Part shown: piece after piece, positions 37,618 to 52,312 of the stretch
How positions within the stretch are numbered: position 1 is the stretch's first letter
Layout of the letters: each line of letters opens with the position of its first letter
Source of the DNA: Azolla caroliniana
Taxonomy: Eukaryota > Plantae > Polypodiophyta
Assembly (NCBI GenBank): GCA_043228905.1
Contig: JBHGNT010000001.1
Location: 37,279,425-37,343,424 of the forward strand
Length of the DNA stretch: 64,000 nucleotides
Reading direction: 5' to 3'
Notes under the pieces: generated by a model
The model's database searches: none
The model's input: only the letters and a program-made list of their open reading frames with translations
What the model was told of the DNA's origin: nothing
Made by a program: the position numbers and the translations under genes

Positions 37618-40600
37618 TCACAATCGTAGTAGTGAATTACTTATTTTCTTGAGCTCTGCTAGTGCTGTCTGTACAGCTTCATGCTGACTACCATCAATCA
37701 AGAGAGATATGGGTGACTCATTTGTCTGGACATAAGGGCCCTCTGATGTCTCAGAGATGAGGGCAAGAGAGAGCACATTTTCAATCACCTGTAAAAGAAT
37801 ACAAATATTAAATGCTTCGCTTCTGTAAAATTTCTAGTGTGAAACACATATAAGGAAAGAATCATTGAATCCACCTGTATATTCTCGCATATCAATTGAC
37901 CAAGCATTCTCGCATCAGATGGTTTACATGTGGTCTCACTACTAATACTGCTTGGCACAAATTCTGACATTAATCTAACTAGACTTGATGCATCTTTATT
38001 CACACATCTGTCAGTCTCCAAGGGAATCATAACGCATGACTGATCAACAGTCTTATTAACCAAGTTTGCTTCTTTTCCAGGCTGTATAACAGTTGCTTCC
38101 TTCAGATGTATGGTGCCCATTTCATCGAAAGCTTTATCATCCTGTCTTCTACTTTTGCCAAAGCTCCATATCCAGCTCTTTTTTTTATTTGACGAATACT
38201 TTTTTTCTTTAAAAGCAGCTGCAGTCACATCAACTTTCCTTTGATCATCCAAACGCTGACAGGGTGTATGATGACCTGTAGTTGTCGCAATGTTTGGGCT
38301 GCAACTTATCACTTCCTTTGGAATCTTGACAGTAGCAGCATTCCTTTCACTAGTACACATGAATACCATATCTTCAGCACTATTATCATTCAAAAGTCGA
38401 TCATGTTTAATAGTCCTGCCATGATCTACTTCTTTTTGAAGTAGAACATCAAAAGGGACACTCTTATAATCTGAATGGTGTTCCCTATGGACAAACATGG
38501 CTTCACCAGGCGTAGTGCTGCTATCATGATTCTCATCTTTCTGCTTTGAACTCTCGTAGCAAACTCCCTTACCATCTGCACATTTGTTTCTAAATTGTAG
38601 TCTTGTTAAACCATCAGAAACGAACTCTTCAACAGAATAGCTAATGTGATTTCCAAGTAGCGCACAACTTGAACCTACCTGTTTACTATTGCAGGAAAAT
38701 GCATTAGTTTCTTGCTTTGATTCCTTAAATGAAATGATCTCAGAAATATTGGTACAGTTCAAATCTTCCATGTGTACAGCTTTCAGTTTTTGCAACACAG
38801 AATTCTTCCACTTCTCTTCCCAATAGGATTCAGGAAAAGCCTTTCTAAGGACATCAGGTGAAAACTTATTTGGAGAAGGAGAAAAGGAAGAAGGAGATTT
38901 ATTTACAGGCTGTGTTTTCTTCCCATTTAACATAGTTTCATGTGGATAAGTATGTGGCCTCCCATGAGCAACTTCCCCAATAAATGGAGCCAAAATCTTG
39001 GCACTCTCAATTAGCATCTCAATATCAACATTTTGGGGAAAATTCAGGAGTTTCTGTAGGCAGTCTGTTGCGTTCGACATAGCAATCATTATCCACCTTA
39101 GGTAAACAACCATAGAAACGGACAGTGCCAAAATAAAATCTTTTCTGCCATCTGAATCTTTACTCACCAAGAAGATAGCATCCCATAAAATCAATAATTT
39201 TTTAAGATCAAACTCACGACCAAAAAGAACTCGAATCCATCTCAATGCGAAGAACTGAGGTTCCACACCAAGTTCTTTAAGATGATTATAGAGGGGCAAA
39301 TCAAAAGCAGCCAAAGCCTTATAGATCAAAGAAGAAACTTCAAGGGCTGAAGATAGGCCACTTCTAGAACTTACAACATTGTTAGCTAGAAAGTAATCTG
39401 CCATGTTAACTCCACCATTTCCACACATTAATGCATCAAACATTGAATAAGCATCATGTTCCACAAACCTTCCTGCTAAGAGAATACCAAGTTCTCCTTC
39501 AGCTCCATATGTATCATTACCGAGCACCATGATTCTCAAGGCAAATCTTACCTCATCCAAATCGAGTTCATGACAAGTGATTCTTGCTAATAAATCTATA
39601 TCAACATGAATGTCTGACCCATCAACAGTGGTAACAGTTTTAGAATAATGAAATTTTTGACCCCTTTTCTGCTTTCCTTCATTCTCACATGTTTTTAGTT
39701 CCACATAAAATGGCTCCTCAAACCTATCATCAAAGAGATCTTCATATCTTTCTTTCACTTCATGAAAGTGCATAACATCACAATAAAGAACATACAGTAG
39801 AGGCGCAAGTAGTTCATGCATCCCTGCAAACGAAGGTGAAAATTGGCAATCGCTAGATTAGAAACCAAAATTGCTGGAAATAAGAATTAATTAATATGAT
39901 TCCACTTAGAAGTAGATATACCTTGTCGATAGCTGTAGGTTGTGTTCATAAGAGACCAAACCAGAAGAATCCTCCTTAACATTGCCTGACAAACAGGGCT
40001 CTGAAAGAATTGTCCATGCTCAGGATACAACCTTGTAAGATCTGTGTCGATAGTTTCCTCTAGCTCTGCTATCTGAAAATAGCGTGACCAAAGACTTTCT
40101 GAAACAAATGCCACACAAATATTTAGAGCCAATCTAAATCTCAATGTACCTTCATGCATAAAAAAAGCAAAGATTAATGCTAATGAATTAGACAAATCTC
40201 TAATGATGCATCCACATGATATACTGCTCTGCTATCTGAAAATTGCATGACCAAAGACTTTCTGAAACAAATGGCACACAAATTTTTAGAGCCAATCTAA
40301 ATCTCATTTTAATTTCATGTATAAAAAAGCCAAGATTCATGCTAATGAATTAGACAAATCATCAACTTGTAATGATGCATCCACATGATATACTGGAGTC
40401 AATACAATGAACATGTGCACAGTAGATTCCTGTTGTAATTGTGAATAACGTCCACATTGCTGAGCATGCCAACAATGCATTTATGAATATTAATAGGTAG
40501 CATAGCAAAACATGTAAATTTAAAATGACACTTCATCGCATATTGAGAGCAAGAAACAAGTCAGTATTTCATGTGCTCTCCAAAATGTGCTACACCTATG

Positions 40601-42041
40601 GGAAGATTTTGTGCCTGCGTTTTCTCTATCTCTATTTATGATCAGCTTCCCTTAGTTTACCAAATGGTGGAGAAGACAAGCGTCTCCACAACAAACAACT
40701 CCACAACGGAAAGAGAAGGAAAAAAACCCGTTGCCAAGCTGACCATTGACAGGGATCAACTAGCTGACAACAGGATATCAATTCGCACACTTTTCAGCAT
40801 TTGTACATATACTTGTTTTTTTTTGTTTTTCTTATTACGTGTATTTATTCCTTGAATCATTTACCTTCTATAGATGCTAGAGATATCTCACTAACCCAAA
40901 CCCTACCCCACAAGCCTATGCCAACCCAATTTTTGTCTATCCCATACTACTCCTGGTGGGGTCCAACACATGATTGGACTCAAGAAAGCATAAAGAAGTG
41001 AATATTTTAGAATGAGCCGGCTTCACCCTACCCCACAAGCCTATGCCAACCCGATTTTTGTCTATCCCATACTACTCCTGGCGGGGTCCAACACATGACT
41101 GGACTCAAGCAAGTATGAAGAAGTGAATATTTTTGAATGAACTGGCTTCCTTAATGTATCTCTAATCCCTTGAACATTCCAGACAACAGCCTACCATACC
41201 ATTTGCTAATTGTCCTCTCTATAGCCTTTCAATGACAACTATAATCCAGTGGTACATATGCCCATAAAACATTGGTCAAGTTACTAAACTTTCCAAGTGA
41301 AAATATTTAACAAGTCTAGCAACTTTTGCCAAAATTTTCACTAACGCTGATTGAAAGATTTAACATGCATTAGCTTACCTGGATCTTGGGATAGAGGGTT
41401 GTCGACTTTAGACTGGTGCGGTTTATGAGGATCCTCTGCAGCATGAGGATCAATAAGCAATCTTCTCCTAAGATCTGCATATCTGATGTGCACTTTCATT
41501 TGTTACATTGAATTTATGTCTAAATGATAAAATGAATATATGCACATTAAATTTACGTGTTCGTTATTTTATGTTGAAGCCTAGAATTTGAAATGAATGT
41601 ACTGAGATTCTACATTTTAACAATGAATATAATATACTAAATTTTAGATTGAACCCTAAATTTTACACTGTATATGCACCCAAAAATTAATGTACTCCTA
41701 GATTTTATATTTAAAGCCTGAAGTATGAGCTAAGCCCAGAAATTCACATTCAATATCCGTCCAGCATCAACATTTGAAGCCTAAAATTTACACTATCATA
41801 AAGCCCAAATTACATTAAAAATATGCTTAGCATTTACATCAAACCTGAAATTTTACCTGCGCCGTCCATCTGCAGCAGCTCTCCGAAGCTGTTCAATTGA
41901 TGATGATGAGGGCAAAACGCCTAGTCTAAGTCTCCACAGGAGACCTCTCAGAACACCCTTCCATGCCCATTCTGAAGCTTCATTCTCACCATTGTTTCTC
42001 GAATCGTTATGCGGCGGGAATGGTAATGAACTCTGATTCAT
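37618..42041 (-). CDS. TBC-domain Rab GTPase-activating protein (TBC1D5-like), about 861 aa
   Basis: Exons 42041-41857, 41482-41379, 40098-39922, 39823-37875 and 37788-37618, all phase-consistent. Motifs: LRGLLWRLRLGVLP, DNPLSQDP, IDTDLTRLYPE (R finger), YRQGMHELLAPL (Q finger), ALRWIRVLFGREF and C-terminal ALAELKKISNSLL. Confidence 0.95.
40063..40395. repeat. Tandem duplication, about 163-bp period, spanning a splice acceptor of the TBC gene
   Basis: gctctgctatctgaaaat..tgaccaaagactttctgaaacaaatg..gatgcatccacatgatatactg at 40063-40226 and 40226-40395. Confidence 0.95.
40901..41150. repeat. Intronic tandem duplication, about 125-bp period
   Basis: ccctaccccacaagcctatgccaaccc.atttttgtctatcccatactactcctgg.ggggtccaacacatga..gaatga..ggcttc is present twice. 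Confidence 0.93.
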
Positions 42042-42088
42042 AGTAATCGCTTAAAGAAAGGCCTAGCTTTCACACAGATTCATCTCCT

Positions 42089-42119
<31 letters not shown>

Positions 42120-44509
42120 CTCCCCCCCTCTGTGTGCACACAAATTCTTCCCTTCTGCCACAGAAATAAGTAATCTGCATTCAAAACGGAACATTGGCTC
42201 AATAAATGTATGTATTTCTTCTTCTTCTTCTAATTTTATTTCTTCCTTAAGAATGGTTTTGAAAATGTAATGGAAGCTTTCGTGGGCCGTCGCCACCGTA
42301 CATAATGCTCTGTTCCCCTTTTTTAATAGGAATGCCGTGAAAACGGCAGCCACCACCAACCCAACCCAACCACACACACACACATGTATGTATGTATGTA
42401 TGTGTGTACATACTTCACTTCTCTCCGACCAACTGAACGATAAGCTTCTGCCACTCGGACTGATAACTCGGGGTGTATGCAAAGCATCCGAGTATCGCAT
42501 CACACTCATGATAAATCTCCATTGCTTCGTGTGCGTGTGCGCGCGTGTGTGTGTATAATGTACGAGTGTCGAACACACATTGACTTTAGGTTCCCACGTT
42601 CAACCAAACCCTTTGATGCTTTAAGTGCATTGATCTAGAAGCACACCAGTGATAAGTTTGCACTTCCAACCAAAACCTCGGTGTGTAGAGTGTACCCGTA
42701 TCGCACAAATCCTTAATTGAATCTTCATTAACGATTTATTGAAATTTTGTTCAAAAATTGTTCAAAGTGCACATATGTATATACTCGGCTCCATGGAGCA
42801 CGTGCTCTATATAGATCATGAGAAAATTTTGCAATACATGAAACGATAGTTTCGTTCGCTACAAAATGCACACTAGGAGACAATAATGTGTACCATGAGT
42901 AAATGGTTTTTTATTTGGACCTTGTTGAGGATACACCATGATCCACTCCTTAGAAGACTTGACACACTTTTCTAGGGGCCAAATGTAACATACAAATTCA
43001 TCTCCCATCATGGTCTACAAAAAACCCCAACTCTATACTACTTACATTTTAATGTGGATATTTTAAGAGACCACATTTCCTTTGAGAAACAAATTGGTTT
43101 TGCCTTTAGAATTAAAGAAAGTGTGGTATAGAGAATTCCGCAGGCCACCATTCTAATGCTTAACCTAACATTTTATTGGTTTTCTTGATGCCACGATGGT
43201 GATTGCTATATGATAATTGGTTTGCATTTTACATGGGTTGATTTTCAGGATGCACATCAAGTGCATGTGAATGCATCCTTCATTTTAGCTAATACTAAAT
43301 TGTTTGACTTCCTTGGTATTCACATTACCAAGTTATCCTTGTATATATAAACGTGTTCCTATTTGGTTTCAGCTTTAGTCCATGGATAACCACATCAATA
43401 TTTTGTTGGATTGCATCCCTGATTAGCACATGATGTGATACATGAATTTCAACTTACTATGTCCATTACGAGCTTCAACAGAAGAGAAATTCAAATTGAC
43501 AAACATTTGGCTGTCATGAAGTAATCCTTTCATTGAAAGCAAGTAGCATGGATAGGAAATCACTTGCTCAACCAATCAAAGAATGCATGAACCAAATGTG
43601 TTAAGAAGTACAAGCTTGAACAATAGATTGTTGCAAAGAAGATACAACAAGGAAACATTGAAGATTCCATGATGAAAGATTTCACTAAAATACATTGAGG
43701 GAAATTTTAAGTTGAAGATAACTTTGAAGAAACTGATGACCCTATATAGCCTGCTTAGAAGAAGAGGATGAATATAACGTCGTTACGTGTGTCATCCGTT
43801 GTACTTGCAAACATGTCATAGCAAGTCACATATGTGAAATTGAACTTCTATATGTATATGGAAAGAAACATTTGGCTCTCGAGTCTTGACAATATATCAC
43901 TCTCCTTCCCCCTCTCTTCCCATATGTTGTTGGATTCCCAAATCTACCAAGGTTTCATCTTCACATGGTAGGCTTTCATTGCTCACACACCTCAACTAGG
44001 CAAACAAGAAACTCATTTATTTATATAGCTGAATCTATGAGGGTTTGATCTTCACATGGCAAGCTTTTATTTGCTTACACAACCTCAATCGGGGAACAAA
44101 ACAACTCATCTATCTCTTAATCTATCTACATGCACATATTCAATGATTGTTGTTTTTGTTTTGCAAGCAAGCAATAATAAAACAGAAGCCAATGGAATTG
44201 GGTGCACATGCAAGAAACAAGAACACAACACATGGGGGGTAGAGTGTCATTCGAGGACACGACACCCACACCCACACCCACACTCGGCACGAAACTGTCC
44301 TGGTTTAGTTTGGTTTGGTTCTGTCCCCTCTTCTCTTCTGCTCGCTCACTCCACTAGCTGACTACAACTCCTCTTCTCTTCTGCTCGGTGGATGATGGAT
44401 ACACACACACAAAATCTCTCATGGACCAATTTTAGCCTTTAAGAAGACGTTAATATATCTTTCTTTCTTTCTTTCTTTCTCTCTCTCTCTCTGGCCATAT
44501 CTGCGAGCT

Positions 44510-46568
44510 ATGGCGTCTCTTTGCGCCTCTACGTTTTCCAAAGATTGCATCGTGTCTTCTTCTTCTTCCTCTCCATCATTTTGCTCGCTCATCTTGAACC
44601 AAGCCTTCCACCATCCTATCTGCACCAGGTCTAAGCTCTCTCCTCCTTCTAGAAGAAATCTCTGCGCTGCCTCAGCGTTTCGGAAACGCTACAATGAGAA
44701 CTTGCCACCTGGAGCTCACGAGATGGTGGATGAAGAGAGTGGAGAAATTGTGCTTCATTTTGGTGTGGAAGATGATGACAGGCTTCCCTCTGATGATCAG
44801 CTGCGATGGAAACCTACCAAATATGCAAAGCCAGGAGACATCTCAGAAGATGCTTGGTATAAAATCCTGCAGTCAAATCCGTCAACAGGTCATCACACAC
44901 ACACACACACACTTTACGTCTGTTCTGTCACCACATCTCCTTCCTTTCTTCACCCTAATGCTTATAAATATTTCTTTCGTTCTCTTTAGTATAGGTATAT
45001 GCTCATACTGTTGCTAATACATCATTCGTTCATTTTCTCTCACTGTTTAACATAGGTATACACATGTACACTTCATACATTAACTTTTGATAGCTATGAA
45101 CTATCCCAATTCATCACATTTAAACCACATATTTGCATACTGTTTTCATTCTTTAAGCATTTGTTGTGGTAGAACTCGTTTGGATGATACATTAGAAAAT
45201 GTTTCAAAAGATAGAATGTGGATGATCTTTTAGAGCTTTTAAGTGATGCTATGCATCATGTAATGATCGAGGAAAGGTTGGTGTAATCATTAAGGATGAA
45301 TTGGGAAGATGCTAAGAGGACAAAGTTAGAATACTACATTGCAAATATCAACCCTGATTGTTGGTCTCAATATATGGCAAGAATGCCTATTGATCGTATC
45401 CAACATTATCTAATTACCAATATGAGTAGTAATGCTTGTAGAGCCCTCACACTACTTCACACTTGATCTCCCAAGTTAGGTATTGAAGTTGCATCATGGT
45501 ATCAAAATGTAACAAATTTGAGGGCATGTAAAGTATACAATGAACGCATGGTAGAGGATGAATGACACTTGCTCTTCACATGCTCGGCATATAGTGTAGT
45601 TCGCTCAAGATATGATGACATATTAAGAGGGAGTGATAACTTAAGTGCCATACTTAAGACACCACCTAGAAGGCTGAGCTAAGAGGTGTATGCCTTATTC
45701 ATGCATAGAGACTTTGTGCTTCAAGGTATGAATACCCCTTCTTAGGAAGGAGACACATATCAAGAACACATGTATACTCTGGTCCCATAGGTCAAAACTG
45801 GCCTCTTTATGGACGATAAAAATTTCTAATTCTAATTCTAATTGTTGTCTGGTCATTGTTTGATGACCACGACAGGTTTTTTATTCCATGATTAGAAACT
45901 GAGTATCTGAATTCAGAATCCCATCGTTAAACAATTCAGATGGTTGTAACATTCACGTATGTTTTTTGTTGAACCTGATCTATTTTAACTATAAACTTTT
46001 GTTGATCCCTTTTTCCCTTCCAACTAGTGTGTCACTTAAGTAAATACACATACAGGGGATCCATTATAGATTGGTCACCTTCTGATAACCATTAACTATT
46101 CATAGTCCACTCATAGAAACTGCGTATCTGAATAGAATTTTGATTTGTTATGAAATTCATGTGATGGAAACATTCACTATATTTAATTTATTATCAAAAT
46201 TTGCAGGTCACAAGCATTTGTTTTTTTAACATTCATTTACTTAAATTGTTTCTTTACCGTTAATGTACAGAAAACATTTGCAAGATCAGTGTGGAGGTAG
46301 TATACCGTCAGCTTTCATATTGAATTTTCTGGTCTACATAATAAAAATTTAAGAAGATTACAAGCAAGCGACTTCGTTTCATGAAATGCACCCACTTTGC
46401 ATGGCCTGAAATTCACACACGCACACACACACACACACACACATATATATGTGATCAATCTTTGTAGATTAGGAAGTTCAACTTTGCTAGACATTCATTT
46501 CTCAGGTTTGTGGTGTGACTTCTACCTGGTTCAAATGACATGGTGATGCTATGTAATGGATTGTATAG

Positions 46569-46608
<40 letters not shown>

Positions 46609-49600
46609 TTAGTTGGTAATAGTGCAATGACATAAAGAGAAGTTTAATTAGTTCACAATGCCACTATAAAACTACAGATAAAACAGCCAGTTTTCCTGAA
46701 GATGCTTCCCGAACCTCCTCAAGACCAAAGAACAACGAGTTGTTGAAGAAGAAAAGCTATCTTGATGGCCGTTCTGGCACCCCAAGTAAAGGTTTATTTA
46801 GCAAGTTGAAAGTGCAAACGTTGAGAAGCAAGAAAAATATGGCATCAAGTGCGCCAGGTCAGGTACTATCAACTTCAAGTTCGGGAGAGAAGAAGGTGAA
46901 TAACTACCTTTGGGATGATGAAACTGAGGAAGATAAGAAGATTGGTAAATTCAGAAATGTTCCTAAGTTTGAAAGGGTAGATGATGAAGGCCCATGGTCA
47001 GAAACATCAAGTCACCGTTTGAGAAGCAAGGAACCAAGTGAAAGCAGGAAGGAAAATATAGTATCAGGTCCAGCAAGTGAGAAATCTTTTCAAAGTAAAC
47101 GGAATTCAAAGTCTGGGAGCTATAAAGAAGTGGTTGCTGATGATTTCTTTAGCATAAGAACTTTCAAAGATATAGGAGCTAATGACTTGATTATTAAATC
47201 AATAAATGCCATGGAAGTGACACGCCCTTCTCAAATTCAGGTAATTCCATTGTGTATGCACATGGATAAAGTTTTATTTATGAGCATTTTACAGATCTTT
47301 GATTGAATGATGTCATTTCTGATCCCTTTGATTTGGTATTGCTTTGGTAAGAGATTAACTTATTTGTGGGACTGATAATAAAAGAGATTTTGTTTTATGT
47401 CACAAGATCTAGGTGAATGTGTCATGTCTGGAAAATACCATTGATATCTATGGTTAACATAAAGTTCCTTCAGAAATTTGCCATGAACACTCTTCTCTTC
47501 TCTTACCATATGCTCATTTATCTCATCGGATCTCTAGATTTTACTTTTCAAGAGTTTTCTTACCTGCAGGCAATGGCACATAAACATATTTTAGAAGGGC
47601 GTAGCTGCATACTGGCTGACCAAACGGGGTCTGGAAAAACTTTGGCCTATTTAACTCCACTATTTCAACGTTTTGTATTGGAGGAGGGAGAGGGTAGTAG
47701 TAAATCTTTTCCAAAGAAACCAAGATGCCTAATTATGGTCCCAACCAGCGAGCTTGCCGCACAGGTCTCTTTTTAATTCATATTGTTGAACATATATCCT
47801 TGTTTTGTTTTTATCCTTTAGTGTTCCTGGTATTATTATGATTGTTGAAGACTCCAATTTATAATCAAAGATATCCCTTTCTATACTTGTCATAGGTACT
47901 CAGTGTTTGCAGATCATTTTCTAGGGGAGGAGCTATGTTGAAGTCCATGGTTGCAACTGGTGGATTCAAGCTGAAGACACAAATAGAAGCTCTAGGAGAT
48001 AGTCCTGATATTGTAATTGCTACACCTGGGCGCTTCCTTCAACTTTTCAATTCTGGAAGCTTGGAGCTTGACAATATCAAAAGGTTAAATTCGTATTCTA
48101 AGTGGGATAAAAAACTCTGGAGTGCCCTTGATTTCTTCATTTGTTTCCCCAAATGCCCCTAGTCAATCCCCGAAAGATGAAAAAAAGAGACAAATTGAGT
48201 CTGTAATTTTGCTTGAATAGCACATATGATTGAGGAAATGGAATTGCACTTGACCAAGGGGATTTATGGAAATAGAAACTAAGGGACACTTGGGGAAATG
48301 AAGAAGTCAGAGTTTTTCCCTTTAACTATCCTAGTCTATGGTGAACAGGAAATTGACAAATGGACTTAAACTGCATGGGTTGTGTAGTGTCATTTTGGAT
48401 GAAGTGGATGTTCTGTTCGATGATCCCGAATTTTCTGACACCTTAGAGAAGATCGAAACCTCGACTCCTGTCAAAACACAGTACATTCATGTAACTGCAA
48501 CATTGCCTGTTGATGTGTGTGATGCAATTTTGGAAAATCACCCAACTTCTATTCCATTGATGGGTCCAGGTTTGCACTGTACAGCTACTGGACTCCAGGA
48601 GGTATATGTGCTGATTTGATAATATGGTGTGCTCATACAAATCTTTGAAGTGATTAGGGTCTCTTTAAAAACCATGCTTTATTTCAGGTGTTGGTAGATT
48701 GTAGTGGTGAAGGAGAAAAGACTCCAGAATCGGCATACGAAAATAAGAAAAAAGCATTAGTACAGCTTGTTGAGCAACAACCGGTCTCAAAGACCATACT
48801 ATTTTGCAACAAGGTGTGCGATGTTCTAGTTTGTGCTTCCTTTTGTGGTGTGTTCGCAGCTGAAATATATAGTAAACACATCTTAACTCCTGAACTTTTA
48901 ACCTGATTTGTTTGAGTATAGTCTCTCATGTTAAATATCTGTTTTTGCTATCGTTTGTGCATGTGTGTGTACATATGCCATTGAGTATATATACTGGACA
49001 TGCAGCTATTTATATGCATGCATTTTTATGCATTCAGGTACATTAATTTATGTTGAGATGCTCATTCCAAATATGATTAATACGCTCTTGGTATATATTT
49101 AGAGTGCTCAAAATTCAGTCTGTTATACGAAATATTTTGCAATGAAATGGCATGTCGAAAATTGTTTATATGGTACCTTTGAATATTTAATTTTCTTCCT
49201 GTGTAATTAAGTTCAGACTAAAGTTTGTGTTGATGGAGTCACATAATATGGTCACCTGGAAACTAGTGGGAGGGTTTTAGATGGGAATAATGGAAATGCC
49301 CCATTGATTATGAACCCCGTCCTTGTTAACAAGGCTCATTTTTGTTAAATTTTCTACCTTCTCATTTTCTTTTCTTGGAGATTATTTTCTTTCTTTCTAG
49401 ATGTGTCAGTCCAAACTCTCTACTTTATGCTCAGTAAGGCACATAATATACTCACCGGAAAAAGAAGGCATATATTACAATTTGTGATAAGGTAGAATGG
49501 GAGGGCACATCCACCAGGTTTTTTAACAATCTTATCCAGATCTTGTTTATATGTTATGCATATGGATAGAAATTACGCACTTCATTTTGGAGAGTTTTCG

Positions 49601-50292
49601 TAAACTGTAACTTAAGTTAACACTTGTCATTAATAGAATATATGGCTTGTGTTAGATGCTGTGCATAAAGTGAACTTGTAATTGATTTGACATTTGGCAG
49701 ATTGAAACTTGTAGAAAGGTCGAGAATGCATTGAAGAGAATAGACAGAAAAGGATCAAAATTATCGGTGCTTCCCTATCATGCAGCTCTCTCACTCGAAG
49801 CACGCATTCAGAATATGCAGCAATTTATAAAAGCTGAAAGTAGTAACTTGTCCAAGTTTCTGGTTTGTACAGACAGGTACCAGCATTTTTCTGTCATCTT
49901 TATCGAGCATCTTTTTTGTTACCACCCTCCTGTGGGTTTTTTTGTTGATTTGACTCAAGCGAGCAACGTGTATGTCATATTTGTATTGATTCTTTTGTCT
50001 ATTTGTCTATTGTTAGCAAGGTTTATGTATCCTCCTATTGATTTTTTGTTGATTTGAATATGCCAGAGCATCCCGAGGCTTGGATATGGTAGATGTAGAA
50101 CATGTTGTACTTTTTGATTTCCCAAGAGACCCCAGTGAATATGTGCGGAGAGTTGGAAGAACAGCCCGAGCTGGTGGTGTTGGCAAAGCATTTGTGTTTG
50201 TCGTGGGAAAACAGGTTTCCCTTGCACGAAAGATCATGGTTAGGAATGAGAAGGGACACCCTATTCATACTGTACCGGCACACACATATTAA
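44510..50292 (+). CDS. RH50: Plastid DEAD-box RNA helicase RH50-like, about 688 aa
   Basis: Exons 44510-44888, 46678-47240, 47570-47764, 47896-48083, 48388-48601, 48688-48813, 49701-49876 and 50067-50292. Ser-rich transit-peptide-like N-terminus; motifs [38 protein letters not shown] and [10 protein letters not shown], the variant set characteristic of RH50. Confidence 0.93.
45168..45841 (+). mobile_element. 5'-truncated non-L1 LINE (RTE-X/CR1-group-like 3' end) in RH50 intron 1
   Basis: Translates [38 protein letters not shown] (L.IE.GRW / R.C..C...VEDE.H.L..C..Y...R motif). It ends in a (TTCTAA)3 tail, with a candidate 7-bp TSD TTGTTGT at 45161-45167 and 45842-45848. Confidence 0.7.
48100..48325. 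mobile_element. Degenerate MITE with long imperfect TIRs in RH50 intron 4
   Basis: Left arm ggataaaaaactctg..ttcttcatttgtttccccaaatgcccctagt; reverse complement of the right arm gggaaaaactctgacttcttcatttccccaagtgtcccttagt. No clean TSD seen. Confidence 0.55.
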
Positions 50293-52279
50293 AAGCTGAA
50301 GTGGGTTTTATTTTTGTGGAGTGAATTAAATAATACTGGTATTGCTAATTATGCGAGGCAGAGTAGTGTATCCTCTAATCACCGATGATTCAGAGTCTTC
50401 AGAAGGGTGGATAGTGCTTAAGCTTTAACAAACTTGAAATAACGACCTCTAATGCAGCCACCCTTTTGGTTGGAGGTGATACTATCAGAGAATACGAATT
50501 CTCAAGGGACTCAGGTTCTTTCCAAGTTTTCAGGGAGGAGTTAAGAACAGGAAATATTTTCCCAGGAAGTAGGATTCAAGGTGCAACTAGGATAACGGCA
50601 TTTGTACAGAACTAAGTGAAAATGGTGCAACTTTTTCTTTTGGAAAAAGAAACACGAGAATCTGTATTACATCGACCTAATTAAAATCTGCAGCCAATTG
50701 GTTTACTTCCAAGGGTATAGTTCTAGAATCCAGATGTTCATGCAGTTAATAATTATAACATGACCCTCCTCAACTTAACCATTGTATGATGAATCATATG
50801 ATGTATGATATGCCGAACTAAATAAAATTATTAAGTACATCAGTAAGGTTTTAGATGAGAAAGATATTGATTAGTTGCTTTCACTCGTAGTATTAGTATA
50901 TTAAAGACGTATCGTGGTGGTATGCATGTGTTCTTAGCAAATATGCTAATAGGAAAAAGCAATACAGTCTAACTCTATTAAGTTGCTATAGTGAATATCT
51001 TCTAGATAATGAGTCATACTGAGTGATACAAATGATTCAAAGATTAGGTTAGCAAGGAAAAGAACCAAATAGTTAAATGCTCCTAACTCAACTATGGATC
51101 AGGAATCTATTTTCTCTTGTTCACTAGAAGGTTCTCCCTTGTCTTACATCTTGTAACAAGTGCAGGGCGTCAAATCCAATGATGGAACAAATGTGGCTTT
51201 TACAAGATGTGGATCCTTAGGTATGCTTTACAAATATAATATGCTCAAATCAATGATGTGCCAAACATCCAAGAGTACGGAATAGAAAATATTCATGATT
51301 ATAACTGCTTCTTTACTCTGTTATCTATTTTGGAGAAGCTTCCATCTGCATATATCAATGATATTGAACCAAAATTTAGTTGTCTTTTGTAATCCATGAT
51401 ATTTTAAATTTATGTTGGGTGTCGTGACTTGACTTACAGAAATTTGCCCCCAAGATGTACCTAGGTTTTGCCAAAATTTTGCTTATATTCATTTTCCAAA
51501 AGAGATTGTGGATGTTGGAACTTTAAGGTTATGGACTTCTAAGTCATTTCCATCCTTGAGAAGTACAGTCTTTTACATTTGCAAACATCCAAAATCCACT
51601 CTTGGGATAAGGATCTACTTCTTTGTTATGAGCATTTGTCATAAATGATACTATACATTACATGTGATATAGTGACCCACAATAGTTAGTCATTGATTTG
51701 AATTACCATTAGTAAAATAAACCTCCATTTAGTAGTGATACTACCGATGAAGGCTTAAGCTTACCAAGCTTTTGCTTTTTATGTTAGTTATTGGCCTTGA
51801 AGGTGAGCAACAATTGTAGTTAAATGGTTAGCCATACAATCCTAATTGTCAAAGTGGTTTGTTTGTTTTGGTTGAGGTTTGTGTGACGTTGACAAATTCT
51901 AGAGTGCCCATGCTATGGAGATGCAAAAAAATTAGGGAAAATGGATCCTTGCTATGAATAATGACCTAGAGTCCATTGGAAGAATCAGTTGTGGAACCAT
52001 GTGCAGCTATTTGAAGAAAAGTACACATTATTGTCAAAGTGGATTTATAGGGAAAAGATACTCATGCTAATAACCTAAAGTACAAAATTTGAGTATTGAT
52101 TTTGATGAAATCTTCTATTTGACCACTAAGGTTACAATGGTGCATAAAATTGTGGCCAAGGAGGATGAGTTTAAGCATAAGGACTTGAAAACTATGTTTC
52201 TTCACGATTACAATAGATTATATTTTGTTGTTTGTGCCCAAGAGGAGGCCAAATTTGATTCCCTCCTATGAAAGAGGGC

Positions 52280-52312
<33 letters not shown>

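Noticed and set aside
42063-42578. 171-aa ORF upstream of the TBC gene
   Set aside because: Built largely from (GA)n, (CA)n and (TATG)n repeats in the promoter and 5' UTR.
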